Source: Tepidisphaera sp.
Lineage (GTDB): Bacteria > Planctomycetota > Phycisphaerae > Phycisphaerales > UBA1924
DNA: 64,000 nt
Reading direction: 5' to 3'
Assembly: GCA_050916045.1 (NCBI GenBank)
Contig: CP051526.1
Location: 2,848,001-2,912,000 of the forward strand
Numbering within the stretch: the stretch's first letter is position 1; every line of letters begins with the position of its first letter. Positions 8,528-19,270 of this stretch are shown piece after piece. The translations under genes and the position numbers were made by a program. The notes beneath the pieces were generated by a model. It was given only the letters and a program-made list of their open reading frames with translations. It was not told where the DNA came from and did no database searches.

Positions 8528-10348
8528 GTGCTCTATCTCTTCGGGCGACGTACTGCCGAGGGGTGGGTGCGCTACAACAGCATCATGGCATTCGAGAGAC
8601 GGCCCATTCCGGTCTTGCCCGACCGTAGGCGGTCGCCGTCCATCGTGCCGTATCTCTGGCGGTCTTATCCGGTCGGGCGGCAGGAGTTCTCGCGGGCGGT
8701 CGTGGGTCAGCCGCTGAAATTGTCGTTCTGGACCAACGATCACTTTCCCAAGCCGGTCCTTGCGGTTCTGGACACGACGCTCAACGCCCCGGGTGGCAAT
8801 AGGGATGGGAAGCCCGACGAATGGGTGTCGGTGCCGTTGGAGGAGTCCGATGACAGCGCTTTCACGTGCAGCATCACACCGTCGAAGACGGGGCTGTACT
8901 CTTTTCGGGCGCGGTGTTCGTTTGATGGTGGGGTGACGTGGATCCGCGACCCGGTGCCGGACGCGTGGGTGCTGGTGGATCCGCCGCAGATCGATGGGCT
9001 GAGGTTGTACACGCTTGTTCCTGCGGCATCGGGTTCGATTGCGGACTGGATCAGCGACTTGCCGCGCATCAAGGCGATGGGGTTCAACGCGGTGCACTTG
9101 CTGCCGGTGACGACGCTTGACGTGTCGCAAAGCCCGTATGCGGCGAGTGATCTGTTTGGCGTGGACCACCGGTACTTGAGCGGCGGCGGGAACCGCGACG
9201 GCCTGACGCAACTGGAGGCGTATGTGCAGCGGGCCCGCGAGCTCAAGATGGGCTTGTGCTTTGATCTCGTGCTGAACCATGTTGGCTCGCAGAGCGCGAT
9301 GGTGAAGCGTGCCCCTGAGTGGATCGTGCCCGATGCCAGCCGCGCTGACGGCAACAAGCGGGCGCGGTACTGGGCCGATGGCACATGGCGTTCGTGGGAA
9401 GATCTGGTGCTCATCAACTACGAGCATCCGTCGGAGATCGCGCGGGCTGAGCTTTGGGCGTACATGATCGAGTACGCGCTCTTCTGGGGCAAGTACGCCG
9501 ACGCGACGGGTGGGTTCGTGCGCTTTGACAACCTGCACAGCGGCAACCCGCGGTTCGTGGAAGCGGTCACTCGTGCGCTGCGCGAGGCTTACCCGTCGCT
9601 TGGAGTGATCGCGGAGTACTTTACAGATGAAGGGACGCTGCTCAGCAACGTGCCGGACTGGCGGCTGAACCTTGTGATGGCGATGCCTTGGAACTCCAAG
9701 TTTGTACCGGAGCTGCGGGCGTACGTGCAGTATCTGCACCGCATCTCCGACCACGTGCGGTACTTCATGCCCATCACCTCGCACGACTCGGGCTCGCCGG
9801 GGCAGGAGTTTGGCGGTGCGGAGTCGACGGTGCCGCGGTACGTGGCGGCCGCGCTCCTGGGTACGGGCGCGACGGGGATCGTGCAGGGCGTTGAGAGCGG
9901 CGTGGCGGAGAAGGTGCGGTTCATCGGGCCCAGCGAGCGGATGATCCCGGGCGGGAAGCCGCGGTTTGCGACGTTCCTCGCGACGGTCAACGGATTGCTC
10001 GCGGAGCACGACGCGTTCCGAACGGGCGGCAACTGCCAGTTCGTCGACCACGGGCACGACGCGATCATCGCGGCGTATCGCCGCAACCCCGGGCTGTGCT
10101 TTGATTCGAAGACGACCGGCCCGGCGGCGGAGGGCGGGTTCCTGGTGGTGTGCAACTTTGACACGCGGGCGATGCAGCGGATCGAGATTGATCTGAGGCG
10201 GGTGTTGGGTGGAACCCGCGCCGGAAGGTTCGTGGGCGAGGAGCTGCTGGCCGGCCTCGCGAGCGAGCGGGCGAGCTATGAGGATGAGCGGTTCACGCTC
10301 ACGCTGCCGCCGTGCGGGGCGATGGTGATTCGCTTTCGTCGGTGCTGA
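8528..10348 (+). CDS. GH13 alpha-amylase-family glucan-processing enzyme (debranching-enzyme-like)
   Basis: GFNAVHLLPV, SPYA, DLVLNH, catalytic-region motifs RFDNLHS, AEYFT and SHD, and a C-terminal beta domain (LVVCNFD). Confidence 0.85.
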   Translation: MLYLFGRRTAEGWVRYNSIMAFERRPIPVLPDRRRSPSIVPYLWRSYPVGRQEFSRAVVGQPLKLSFWTNDHFPKPVLAVLDTTLNAPGGNRDGKPDEWVSVPLEESDDSAFTCSITPSKTGLYSFRARCSFDGGVTWIRDPVPDAWVLVDPPQIDGLRLYTLVPAASGSIADWISDLPRIKAMGFNAVHLLPVTTLDVSQSPYAASDLFGVDHRYLSGGGNRDGLTQLEAYVQRARELKMGLCFDLVLNHVGSQSAMVKRAPEWIVPDASRADGNKRARYWADGTWRSWEDLVLINYEHPSEIARAELWAYMIEYALFWGKYADATGGFVRFDNLHSGNPRFVEAVTRALREAYPSLGVIAEYFTDEGTLLSNVPDWRLNLVMAMPWNSKFVPELRAYVQYLHRISDHVRYFMPITSHDSGSPGQEFGGAESTVPRYVAAALLGTGATGIVQGVESGVAEKVRFIGPSERMIPGGKPRFATFLATVNGLLAEHDAFRTGGNCQFVDHGHDAIIAAYRRNPGLCFDSKTTGPAAEGGFLVVCNFDTRAMQRIEIDLRRVLGGTRAGRFVGEELLAGLASERASYEDERFTLTLPPCGAMVIRFRRC

Positions 10349-10528
10349 GGCCGTCACTCCCGGCCGCCGTGGGCGCTCGTCAGCTCTCTGACCCGCGAAT
10401 GGTGGACATTTCCCCTATGGCGATCGGGGCACGGCGGGTTCACAGTCTGATGTTCACGACTCGACCGCGGTGAGCGTGGCGCTCGGGTGGCGCTGCGTGC
10501 GGCGTGCGGACCGATGCGGTGATGCTTC

Positions 10529-12088
10529 ATGATTGACACGGTGCCACTTCCTGCGGCGGAAACCACGCGTGCCGGAGATTGTGCGACTGTGGATGATCGA
10601 CGATGCCATTTCAGCGTACCCGGGCCTCGCGCTGTGTTCCCGCGCGATGGCCGGGCACGAGTTGTCCGGTGTGCGGGACGGCTCGTGCGGGCAGTGCTCG
10701 TGAGCGTGGCGTCGACGCACGGGGGATGCTCGGTCGCGCCGGCCTATGAGCGGCCAGCATCGCCGGTGGCGACGGTGTTCCCGGGGCAGGTTGGCGCTGC
10801 GGCGGGCGACGGGGCCACGCTGGCCGCGGGGCTTGGGTGGCGGGAGTACTTCGCGGATGCGGAGCTTCGGGGTGTGATTGCCGCCGCGCTCGAGAACAAT
10901 CGAGACGTGCGCATGGCGACGGCGCGGATCGCAGAAGCCCGCGCGGTGTACGGGATCCGGCGGGCGGACCAGCTGCCCACGGTGAATGCGGGGGCCGCGG
11001 GGGCGCGGTCGCGGACGCCCGCAGATCTGTCGCCGACGGAGCGTGCGCTCACGTCCAGCCAGTATCGGGCGACGCTCGGCGTGACCGCGTGGGAGGTTGA
11101 CCTATGGGGGCGGGTGCGCGATCTCAAGGAAGCGGCGCTCGAGGAGTATCTGGCGACGGAAGAAGCTCGCCGGGCGGTGAGAATCACGCTGGTGTCGCAG
11201 GTGGCCGACGCGTATCTGGTGATCTGCGAGATCGAGGAGCGGCTCGCGCTGACGCGGCGGACGATCGCGACGCGCGAGGAGTCCGCTCGCATTGCTCGGC
11301 GGCGGTATGAGGTTGGGTCGGTCTCGAAGATTGACCCCACGCAGGCCCAGACGATCCTGGGGCAGGCCCGTGCGGAACTGGCTGTGCTTGAGCGGCAGCG
11401 CGAGCTCGCTCGCAATGCGCTGGTGCTGCTCGTGGGGACGCCGGTCGAGAGCGGCAGGAGCTCGCTGGCGGCTTCAGAGTCCGGGATGGTGAGCGGGCTT
11501 GCGCCGGGTTTGCCTTCGGAGGTGCTCGTCCTGCGGCCGGATGTGCTGGCGGCGGAGCATCGGCTGATGGGGGCCACGGTGAGCATCGGAGCGGCGCGGG
11601 CGGCGTTCTTTCCGCGCATCGCGCTGACGGGCGACCTTGGCGTCGCCAGCGTCGGGCTTGACAGTCTGTTCTCGGCGAGCGGGCGGGTGTGGACATTCGG
11701 GCCGTCGATCTCGGTGCCGCTGTTTGATGGCGGGCGGAACGCATCGAATCTGGATCTCGCGGTCGCGCGGCAGACCATCGCTTTGGCGCAGTACGAACGC
11801 ACGGTGCAGGTGGCGTTCCGCGAGGTGGCCGATGCGCTGGCGGGGCGGCGTTGGCTGACGGAACAGGTGTCGCTGCAGCGCGAGGTGCTCTCGTGGCAGA
11901 CGGAGCGTTCGCGGCTGGCGGAGCTGCGGTACCGCCAAGGGGCCGCACCGTACCTGGAGGTGCTCGACGCGCAGCGCGACTTGTTCGCGGCGGAGCAGGC
12001 TCTCGTGCAGGCACGGCGGCAACTGCTTTCGGCGGGTGTCGCGCTGTACGCGGCGCTGGGCGGTGGTGATCTGGAGACGACCCCGTGA
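10529..12088 (+). CDS. NodT/OprM-family efflux outer-membrane lipoprotein (true start probably further downstream)
   Basis: Lipobox-like GGCSVAP, ALENNRD, WEVDLWGR, PGLPSEVLVLRPDVLAAE, ARAAFFP, LEVLDAQR, LYAALGGG. Confidence 0.93.
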   Translation: MIDTVPLPAAETTRAGDCATVDDRRCHFSVPGPRAVFPRDGRARVVRCAGRLVRAVLVSVASTHGGCSVAPAYERPASPVATVFPGQVGAAAGDGATLAAGLGWREYFADAELRGVIAAALENNRDVRMATARIAEARAVYGIRRADQLPTVNAGAAGARSRTPADLSPTERALTSSQYRATLGVTAWEVDLWGRVRDLKEAALEEYLATEEARRAVRITLVSQVADAYLVICEIEERLALTRRTIATREESARIARRRYEVGSVSKIDPTQAQTILGQARAELAVLERQRELARNALVLLVGTPVESGRSSLAASESGMVSGLAPGLPSEVLVLRPDVLAAEHRLMGATVSIGAARAAFFPRIALTGDLGVASVGLDSLFSASGRVWTFGPSISVPLFDGGRNASNLDLAVARQTIALAQYERTVQVAFREVADALAGRRWLTEQVSLQREVLSWQTERSRLAELRYRQGAAPYLEVLDAQRDLFAAEQALVQARRQLLSAGVALYAALGGGDLETTP

Positions 12089-13686
12089 GTGAAACGCGAG
12101 AGCCGACGAGACCGGACATGATGACCGCCGCAGCACGGCGGGCGCTGGTGACGGCGCTGGTCGGCGAGATCGTGGCCAGGAGCGAGGACTCCGCCGCCAC
12201 GGCCACGCTGGAGCGAGCGATGCTCGGGTACCTGGCGGAGGTGGCCGGCGCGGGCGATGCCGCACCGCCCGTGCCTGACGGCATGGGCGACGGAAGCACG
12301 AGGACGTCTTCAGGGAATATCGGTCCTTTGTGCGGGTCCGCTCAGCCCTTGGCAGGAACGTCCAAGCCTTCAACGGATGCCGTTGACCCTTTGACAAGAG
12401 CCGTAGAGCCCTTCACAAGAGCCGTGAATCCCTTCACAAGAGCTGTAGACCCTTCGACAAGAGCTGTCGGCACGCCGATGACGGGCGTCGCCGTGCCGGG
12501 CGAGGCTGTCGCAGAGACCACAAGCCCCACCACTCCCCCCACCTCTCCCCCCACCAGTCCCCCAATCGCTCGCGCAGCTTCTGCGCCGGCCAGCTCTGCC
12601 GTGCCACAGTCCCGGATCACTCCGGCACTTCGACGGATCGCGTGGGGTGCGGTCGCGCTCCTTGTCGTTGGCGCAGGCATCGGGCTTTGGTGGTGGCTCA
12701 AGCCCAGGACGCTGGGCGAGGGGTTCGTCAGCGGCAACGGGCGCATCGAGGCGGTGGAGATTGATGTAGCGGCCAAGGCGGCCGGGCGTGTCACGGCGGT
12801 CCTCGCCGACGAGGGTGACTTCGTGACGGCCGGGCAGGTGATCGCCGAGATGGATGCGAGCGTGCTGACGGCTCAGAAGCAGGAAGCGCTCGCGCGGCTC
12901 GAGCAGGCCGGGAGCGCGGTGGAGACCGCGATCAGTCAGGTTGCGCTGCGCGAGAGCGAGCGTGCGGCGGCGCGTGCGGTGGTGATGCAGCGGGAAGCGG
13001 AGCGTGACGTCGCTCGCAAGCGTGCGGCGCGGTCAGAAACACTCTCGCTGGAGGGCGCGACGTCGATCCAGGAGCTCGATGACGACCGCGCGCGCGTCGA
13101 GAGCGCCTCGGCGGCGATCGCGGCGGCGGAGGCGCAGGTCGCCGCGAGTGATGCGGCGATCGCGACGGCGCAGTCGCAGGTGCTCGGCTCGCGTGCGTCG
13201 GTGCTGGCCGTGGCAGCGACGGTGGCTCGACTGTCGGCCGATATCGAAGACCTGACGCTGAAGGCGCCGCGCGACGGACGGGTGCAGTACCGCGTCACCG
13301 AGGCGGGCGAGGTGGTGGGCGCGGGGGGCAAGGTGCTCAACATGATCGATGTCAGCGATGTGTACCTGACGTTCTTCGTGGCCGAGACGGTCGCGGGGCG
13401 AGTGGCGATCGGCAGCGACGTGCACATCGTGCTGGATGCCGCGCCGCAGTACGTGATCCCCGCGAAGGTGACGTACGTCGCGAGCACGGCGCAGTTCACG
13501 CCCAAGACCGTCGAGACCGCCAGCGAGCGGCAGAAGCTGATGTTCAGAGTGAAGGCGAACATCGATCGTGACCTGCTCCAGAAGCACCTCACGCTCGTCA
13601 AGACGGGGTTGCCGGGCGTGGCGTGGCTCAAGCTCGACGCGACCGCGGCGTGGCCCGCGTCGCTCGAGATCAAGGTTCCGCAATGA
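12085..13686 (+). CDS. HlyD-family membrane fusion protein (YhiI-like) with a long N-terminal extension
   Basis: [22 protein letters not shown] and [25 protein letters not shown] overlap with the upstream gene and ATGA overlap with the downstream gene. Confidence 0.92.
   Translation: MSETREPTRPDMMTAAARRALVTALVGEIVARSEDSAATATLERAMLGYLAEVAGAGDAAPPVPDGMGDGSTRTSSGNIGPLCGSAQPLAGTSKPSTDAVDPLTRAVEPFTRAVNPFTRAVDPSTRAVGTPMTGVAVPGEAVAETTSPTTPPTSPPTSPPIARAASAPASSAVPQSRITPALRRIAWGAVALLVVGAGIGLWWWLKPRTLGEGFVSGNGRIEAVEIDVAAKAAGRVTAVLADEGDFVTAGQVIAEMDASVLTAQKQEALARLEQAGSAVETAISQVALRESERAAARAVVMQREAERDVARKRAARSETLSLEGATSIQELDDDRARVESASAAIAAAEAQVAASDAAIATAQSQVLGSRASVLAVAATVARLSADIEDLTLKAPRDGRVQYRVTEAGEVVGAGGKVLNMIDVSDVYLTFFVAETVAGRVAIGSDVHIVLDAAPQYVIPAKVTYVASTAQFTPKTVETASERQKLMFRVKANIDRDLLQKHLTLVKTGLPGVAWLKLDATAAWPASLEIKVPQ
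12316..12483 (+). repeat. 21-bp tandem repeat (4 strong units at 12379-12462 plus degenerate flanks)
   Basis: GCCGTTGACCCTTTGACAAGA / GCCGTAGAGCCCTTCACAAGA / GCCGTGAATCCCTTCACAAGA / GCTGTAGACCCTTCGACAAGA; encodes AV(D/E/N)P(L/F/S)TR heptads. Confidence 0.9.
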
Positions 13687-16448
13687 CGAGGGCGCCCGCA
13701 CACCATGTGGCATCGGCCGCGCCGGTCGCGAGCCTGATCGGCGTGAGTCTGCGTTATCGCAAGGCGGTCGCGCTGGATGACATCACGATTGAGCTGCCCA
13801 TGGGGTGCATGGTCGGGCTGATCGGTCCGGATGGCGTGGGCAAGTCGAGCGTGCTCTCGCTGATCGCCGGAGCGAGAAAGGTGCAGAGCGGGCGGGTGGT
13901 GGTGCTGGGGGGTGACATGTCCAGCGCGGCGCATCGACGTCGCGTCTGCCCGAACATCGCGTACATGCCCCAGGGACTGGGAAAGAACCTCTACCCGACG
14001 CTTTCGGTCGAGGAGAACCTGCAGTTCTTCGCGCGGCTCTTTGGACACGCGGCACAGGAGCGCAGGCGGCGCATCGATGAACTCACGGGTCGCACCGGGC
14101 TTTCCGGATTCCTCTCGCGGCCGGCGGGCAAGCTCTCGGGGGGGATGAAGCAGAAGCTTGCGCTCTGCTGCGCGCTGATCCATGATCCGGATCTGCTCAT
14201 TCTCGACGAGCCGACGACGGGCGTTGATCCGCTTGCACGGGCGCAGTTCTGGGAGCTGATCACACACATCCGCGGCGAGCATCCCGGGATGAGCGTGCTT
14301 GCGGCGACCGCCTACATGGATGAGGCACGCGGGTTTGACTGGCTCATCGCGATGAACGCGGGGCGAGTCCTTGACGCCGGCACGCCGGAGTCGCTGCTGG
14401 CACACACGCAGACGGCGTCGCTTGATACCGCGTTCATCGAGATGCTGCCCGAGGAGCTTCGGCACGGCCATCGGGCCGTGGCGCTGCCGCCGATGGTGGT
14501 TGACCGGAATGCCCCGGTGGCTGTGGAAGCGGTCGGCCTGACCAAACGGTTTGGGAGCTTCGTCGCCGTTGACAACGTCAGCTTCCGGATTCTGCGTGGA
14601 GAGATCTTCGGGTTCATCGGCTCAAACGGGTGCGGCAAGTCCACCACGATGAAGGTGCTGACGGGGCTGCTCCCGGCGAGCGAGGGTCGGGCTACGTTGC
14701 TTGGAGCGGAGGTCAACGCGGCCGACATCGCCACCCGTCGCCGCGTCGGCTACATGTCACAATCGTTCTCGCTCTACACCGAGCTCTCGGTGCGACAGAA
14801 TCTGGTGCTGCACGCACGCCTCTTCACAGTACCCGCGGCGGAAGTCCCCGCTCGGGTCGCTGAGATGATCCGTCGGTTCGGCCTCGAAGGTGTCGCGGAG
14901 TCGATGCCGGGCGACGTTCCGCTCGGCGTGCGGCAGCGTCTCTCGCTCGCTGTCGCGATGGTGCACAAGCCGGAGCTGTTGATTCTCGATGAGCCGACAT
15001 CCGGCGTGGACCCGATCGCACGTGACGAGCTATGGCAGTTGATGATCGATCTCGCCCGTCAGGATCGTGTGACGATCTTCATCTCAACGCACTTCATGAA
15101 TGAGGCCGGGAGATGCGACCGCGTGGCGCTGATGCACGCCGGGCGCATGCTCGCGGTCGGCGCTCCAGACGACCTCGTTCGAGCGCGAGGGGCGTCAACT
15201 CTGGATGACGCGTTCATCGGGTACCTGCTGGAAGCCGGCGCCGGAACGGAGGCTCTGGTCGTGGCTGTGCCTGCGGTGAGAGGTGCGGTGGCGGGCAGAT
15301 CGTCTGTCGCGGATGGGGCGTTCTTCAGCCCGATGCGGGCGTGGAGTTGCTGCCTGCGTGAGACGCTTGAGCTGCGCCGCGACCCGGTGCGTGCCACGCT
15401 TGCACTGGTCGGAACGGCCCTGCTGATGTGCGTTGTGGGGTATGGCATCAGTCTTGATGTCGAGGATCTGAAGTACGCTGTTCTGGACAGGGATCAATCC
15501 GCGCTGAGCCAGAACTACGCTCTCAACCTGTCCGGCTCGCGCTACTTCATCGAGTGTGCACCGCTCGCCGACTATGTCTCGCTGGACCGGCGGATGCGAT
15601 CCGGCGAGTTGGCCCTGGCAATCGAGATCCCTTCAGGGTTCGGGCGGGACGTCGCTCGCGGGCGGCCGGTGGAAGTCGGGGCGTGGATCGACGGAGCCAT
15701 GCCGCGGCGAGCCGAGACCGTCGGGGCGTATGTCCGCGGCATGCACCAGGGCTGGCTTGCGGACATCGCCACCCATCGCGTCGGCCAGAACTCCCCCGTA
15801 AGGGCCGCGACGATCGAGACTCGGTTCCGGTACAACCCGGATGTCAAGAGTCTGCCGGCGATGGTGCCGGCGGTCATCCCGATGCTGCTGCTGATGATCC
15901 CCGCGATGCTCGCGGCGTTGTCCGTCGTGCGGGAGAAGGAGATGGGGTCCATCGTCAATCTGTATGTCACGCCCGTGACTCGCAGCGAGTTCCTGCTTGG
16001 AAAGCAGTTCCCGTACATCGTGCTGGCCATGCTGAACTTTGGGCTGATGACGTTGCTGGCGGTTACGCTCTTTGATGTACCGGTCAAGGGCGACATCGCA
16101 GCGCTGACGGTCGCCGCGCTCTTGTTCGTGGGATTCTCGACGAGCTTTGGGCTGCTCGCGTCAACGTTCACGCGAAGTCAGGTGGCGGCGATGTTCCTGA
16201 CGTTCATCGGCACCATGGTTCCGGCGGTCCAGTTTGCCGGGATCATCAACCCGGTCTCGTCGCTGGAGGGCGTAGGAGCGTTGATCGGCGGCAGCTATCC
16301 GGCTTCACACTTCCTGACCATCAGTCGGGGTGTCCTCAACAAGGGCCTGGGCTTCAGCAGCCTCCAATCGTCGTTCTTGCCGCTGGCTGCTGGCATGGTC
16401 GTCGTCGTGTCGCTCGCGATCGCTCTCCTCAAGAAGCAGGAGGCGTAG
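13683..16448 (+). CDS. rbbA: Ribosome-associated ATPase / ABC-2 transporter with two ATPase domains and a permease domain
   Basis: Walker A motifs GPDGVGKS and [33 protein letters not shown] twice, and a C-terminal permease ([15 protein letters not shown]). Confidence 0.93.
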   Translation: MTRAPAHHVASAAPVASLIGVSLRYRKAVALDDITIELPMGCMVGLIGPDGVGKSSVLSLIAGARKVQSGRVVVLGGDMSSAAHRRRVCPNIAYMPQGLGKNLYPTLSVEENLQFFARLFGHAAQERRRRIDELTGRTGLSGFLSRPAGKLSGGMKQKLALCCALIHDPDLLILDEPTTGVDPLARAQFWELITHIRGEHPGMSVLAATAYMDEARGFDWLIAMNAGRVLDAGTPESLLAHTQTASLDTAFIEMLPEELRHGHRAVALPPMVVDRNAPVAVEAVGLTKRFGSFVAVDNVSFRILRGEIFGFIGSNGCGKSTTMKVLTGLLPASEGRATLLGAEVNAADIATRRRVGYMSQSFSLYTELSVRQNLVLHARLFTVPAAEVPARVAEMIRRFGLEGVAESMPGDVPLGVRQRLSLAVAMVHKPELLILDEPTSGVDPIARDELWQLMIDLARQDRVTIFISTHFMNEAGRCDRVALMHAGRMLAVGAPDDLVRARGASTLDDAFIGYLLEAGAGTEALVVAVPAVRGAVAGRSSVADGAFFSPMRAWSCCLRETLELRRDPVRATLALVGTALLMCVVGYGISLDVEDLKYAVLDRDQSALSQNYALNLSGSRYFIECAPLADYVSLDRRMRSGELALAIEIPSGFGRDVARGRPVEVGAWIDGAMPRRAETVGAYVRGMHQGWLADIATHRVGQNSPVRAATIETRFRYNPDVKSLPAMVPAVIPMLLLMIPAMLAALSVVREKEMGSIVNLYVTPVTRSEFLLGKQFPYIVLAMLNFGLMTLLAVTLFDVPVKGDIAALTVAALLFVGFSTSFGLLASTFTRSQVAAMFLTFIGTMVPAVQFAGIINPVSSLEGVGALIGGSYPASHFLTISRGVLNKGLGFSSLQSSFLPLAAGMVVVVSLAIALLKKQEA

Positions 16449-16450
16449 CC

Positions 16451-17575
16451 TTGCCGGACATAGCCAACATCTACCGGATGGGCGTCAAGGAGCTCTGGAG
16501 TCTGATCCGAGATCCGATCATGCTGGTGCTGATTGTGTATACGTTCACCGTGTCGATCTATGTCGCTGCAACGGCCGCCCCGGAGACCCTGCACAAAGCC
16601 CCGATCGCCATCGTCGATGAAGACGCTTCGCCGTTGTCGAGCCAGATTGCGTCTGCCTTCTACCCTCCGCGTTTCAACCCACCGAAGCTCATCCCCTGGA
16701 GCGACGCCGATCCCGGTCTTGACTCTGGAGACTTCACCTTCGTGCTTTCGATCCCGCCGCACTTTCAACGCGATGTGCTCGCCGGATCAGCGCCCTCGGT
16801 GCAACTCAATGTCGACGCCACTCGGATGTCACAGGCGTTCACCGGCAACGGGTACATCCAGCAGATGGTGATGGATGAGGTGGAGGCGTTTGTGCGACGC
16901 TACCGGACGAGCTCCGTACCGCCGGTGACTCTCGCGCTACGAGCCAGGTTCAATCCGAACCTTCAGGAACGGTGGTTTGGCTCCCTCATGGAGATCATCA
17001 ACAATGTCACGCTGCTCTCGATCATCCTCACGGGCGCGGCGCTGATCCGAGAGAGAGAGCACGGAACGATCGAGCACCTGCTGGTCATGCCCGTGACACC
17101 GGCGGAGATCATGCTGGCGAAGGTCTGGTCGATGGGACTCGTGGTGTTCATCGCAGCCTTCGGCGGACTGGCGCTCGTGGTCCAGGGCGTGCTACGCGTA
17201 CCGATCGAAGGGTCTGTCCTGCTGTTTTTCCTGGGCGTCGCGATCCATCTGTTTGCGGTGACATCGATCGGCATCTGGATGGCGACGCTTGCGAAATCGA
17301 TGCCGCAGTTCGCCATGCTCGCGGTGCTGATCCTCCTTCCGCTGCAACTCCTCTCGGGCAGCTTCACTCCGCGAGAGAGCATGCCGCTGCTTATGCGGGA
17401 CGCCATGCTCGCCTCACCGACGACTCACTTCGTGTCCCTCGGGCAGGCGATACTGTTCCGCGGCGCGAGTATCGAGAACGTGTGGCCCGCGTTCGTGAGC
17501 CTGCTTGGAATCGGGGGCACCTTCTTCGTCGTGGCTTTGCTTCGCTTTCGCAAGACCCTCAGCCACATGGTGTGA
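16451..17575 (+). CDS. ABC-2 permease (YhhJ-like)
   Basis: GVKELWSL.RD, VDATRMSQA, GAALIREREHGTIEHLLVMP; follows rbbA. Confidence 0.93.
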   Translation: MPDIANIYRMGVKELWSLIRDPIMLVLIVYTFTVSIYVAATAAPETLHKAPIAIVDEDASPLSSQIASAFYPPRFNPPKLIPWSDADPGLDSGDFTFVLSIPPHFQRDVLAGSAPSVQLNVDATRMSQAFTGNGYIQQMVMDEVEAFVRRYRTSSVPPVTLALRARFNPNLQERWFGSLMEIINNVTLLSIILTGAALIREREHGTIEHLLVMPVTPAEIMLAKVWSMGLVVFIAAFGGLALVVQGVLRVPIEGSVLLFFLGVAIHLFAVTSIGIWMATLAKSMPQFAMLAVLILLPLQLLSGSFTPRESMPLLMRDAMLASPTTHFVSLGQAILFRGASIENVWPAFVSLLGIGGTFFVVALLRFRKTLSHMV

Positions 17576-17683
17576 TGGCGACGCCCACCGCGTGGACGGA
17601 CCCCCATGTAGGAAGTTTCCCACATTGGGACTCCGCGTCGACGGAGCCATTGACTCGCGTGCCACAACCGTATCATCTTGTGC

Positions 17684-19261
17684 ATGCACGGCAGTTCCCC
17701 ATCTCGCCCTCAGCCACGCGCGAAGGCGAACTCCTCGGTGCGTAGCAGAGCGTCAGTCGCGCGCAGCCGTCCGCCGTTTCTGAATCCGATCATCACCATG
17801 GATGAGGGAGGCGTGATCCGGTCGGCAAGCGACTCCGTTGAGCAGGTCTTTGGCTGGACACCCATGGAGTTGTTCGGCCGCAATGTCAAGATTCTGATTC
17901 CCGAGCCTCGCCGCTCGTCTCTGGACAGGTATCTCGATCGGTACCGCAATGCCGACACTGCCAAGTCCTTGACGCGCACCCGGCGGTTTGACGCGGTGAA
18001 AAAGGATGGCTCGCTCATCCAGATCGAGCTGTCGATGTCGCGTGCCGAGTTACCCATCCATTCGGCGCCGTTCTTCATCGGCATTGTCCGCGATGTGAGC
18101 AGTGAGATCGACATTGGGGCGGACTCTGTGGACGAGCGTGTCCGGCTTCATGAGCTGATCATGGAGCAGACGCGAGCGCTCGCGACGGCGCATCTTCGGC
18201 TTCAACTGGCGGATCGCATGGCCGCGCTCGGCACCTTGGCGGCGGGTCTCGGGCACGATCTCAACAACGTGCTTCTGCCCGTGCGTGCCCGACTGGACGC
18301 GATGGAGCAGTCTCACAGCATGGCAGCCGCCCGCACGCACATGAAAGCGGTGAGGCTGCAAGTGGAGTATCTGCAGAGCTTGAGCGATGGGCTGCACGCC
18401 CTGACGCTCGATCCCGACGGCACGGCCGACGGCGACGATCACGCGGGGGTTACGCAGCTCGCTGAGTGGTGGACGCAGGTTGGTCCATTGCTGCGCAAGG
18501 CGGTTCCAAAGCGTGTCACTCTGAAGGCCTCGTTCACCGCGGGCCTGCCGCAGGTCGATATCGCACCACAATGGCTCACCCAGGCGATGCTAAATCTGAT
18601 TGTGAACGCTGGCGAAGCGATCCCCAAGGCACGCAAGGGGATGATCCGGGTCTGGGCGGATACCCAGCGCGGCGCACGCATTGTCCGACTCGGCGTGACT
18701 GACAACGGCAGCGGCATGACCCGCGAGGTGCAGCGTCGAGCACTCGACCTTTTCTTCACGACCAAGTCACGCAGCATGGGCACCGGACTTGGACTCCCCT
18801 TGGCTCGCAAGGTCGCGCTCCGAGCGGGGGGCGACCTTGTCCTCTCCTCGCATCCCGGCAAGGGCACCACTGTCACTCTGGAGTTGCCAGCGGCGGACCA
18901 TTCGGCTCAACTCTTCACCGGCCGAACCGGAAAGGAACGGTCAGCCGTGGTCTCAGTTGCAAACGGCCGCGCCGCGGCTTTGATTGGGCAGATCCTCCTC
19001 GCGGCCAAGGTCACGCTCATACCGTCGAGCAGAGGCGGCCCTGCGAACGCGGATCTCTGGGTGACCGATCCAACGAGCAAAGCGCTTGAACGGGCTTTGC
19101 GGTGGCGAAAGCGTCGCACTGCGGGCACCATCGTGGTTGTTGGCCAGCCATCACTTCGAACACAGCGGCGTTGGGCGATGCTCGGAGCGGTCGTCCTTGG
19201 CTCTGCAGATGACATTCAGGAGATCAGGCACTTACTCGGACGGGTACTGGCTCGTGCGTGA
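17684..19261 (+). CDS. PAS-domain sensor histidine kinase with a degenerate C-terminal receiver-like domain (start uncertain)
   Basis: PAS (VFGWTPMELFGRNVKILIPE..KKDGS), H-box AGLGHDLNN, N-box NLIVNA, DNGSGM, FFTTK..GTGLGL. Confidence 0.92.
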   Translation: MHGSSPSRPQPRAKANSSVRSRASVARSRPPFLNPIITMDEGGVIRSASDSVEQVFGWTPMELFGRNVKILIPEPRRSSLDRYLDRYRNADTAKSLTRTRRFDAVKKDGSLIQIELSMSRAELPIHSAPFFIGIVRDVSSEIDIGADSVDERVRLHELIMEQTRALATAHLRLQLADRMAALGTLAAGLGHDLNNVLLPVRARLDAMEQSHSMAAARTHMKAVRLQVEYLQSLSDGLHALTLDPDGTADGDDHAGVTQLAEWWTQVGPLLRKAVPKRVTLKASFTAGLPQVDIAPQWLTQAMLNLIVNAGEAIPKARKGMIRVWADTQRGARIVRLGVTDNGSGMTREVQRRALDLFFTTKSRSMGTGLGLPLARKVALRAGGDLVLSSHPGKGTTVTLELPAADHSAQLFTGRTGKERSAVVSVANGRAAALIGQILLAAKVTLIPSSRGGPANADLWVTDPTSKALERALRWRKRRTAGTIVVVGQPSLRTQRRWAMLGAVVLGSADDIQEIRHLLGRVLARA

Positions 19262-19270
19262 CGGAACAAC

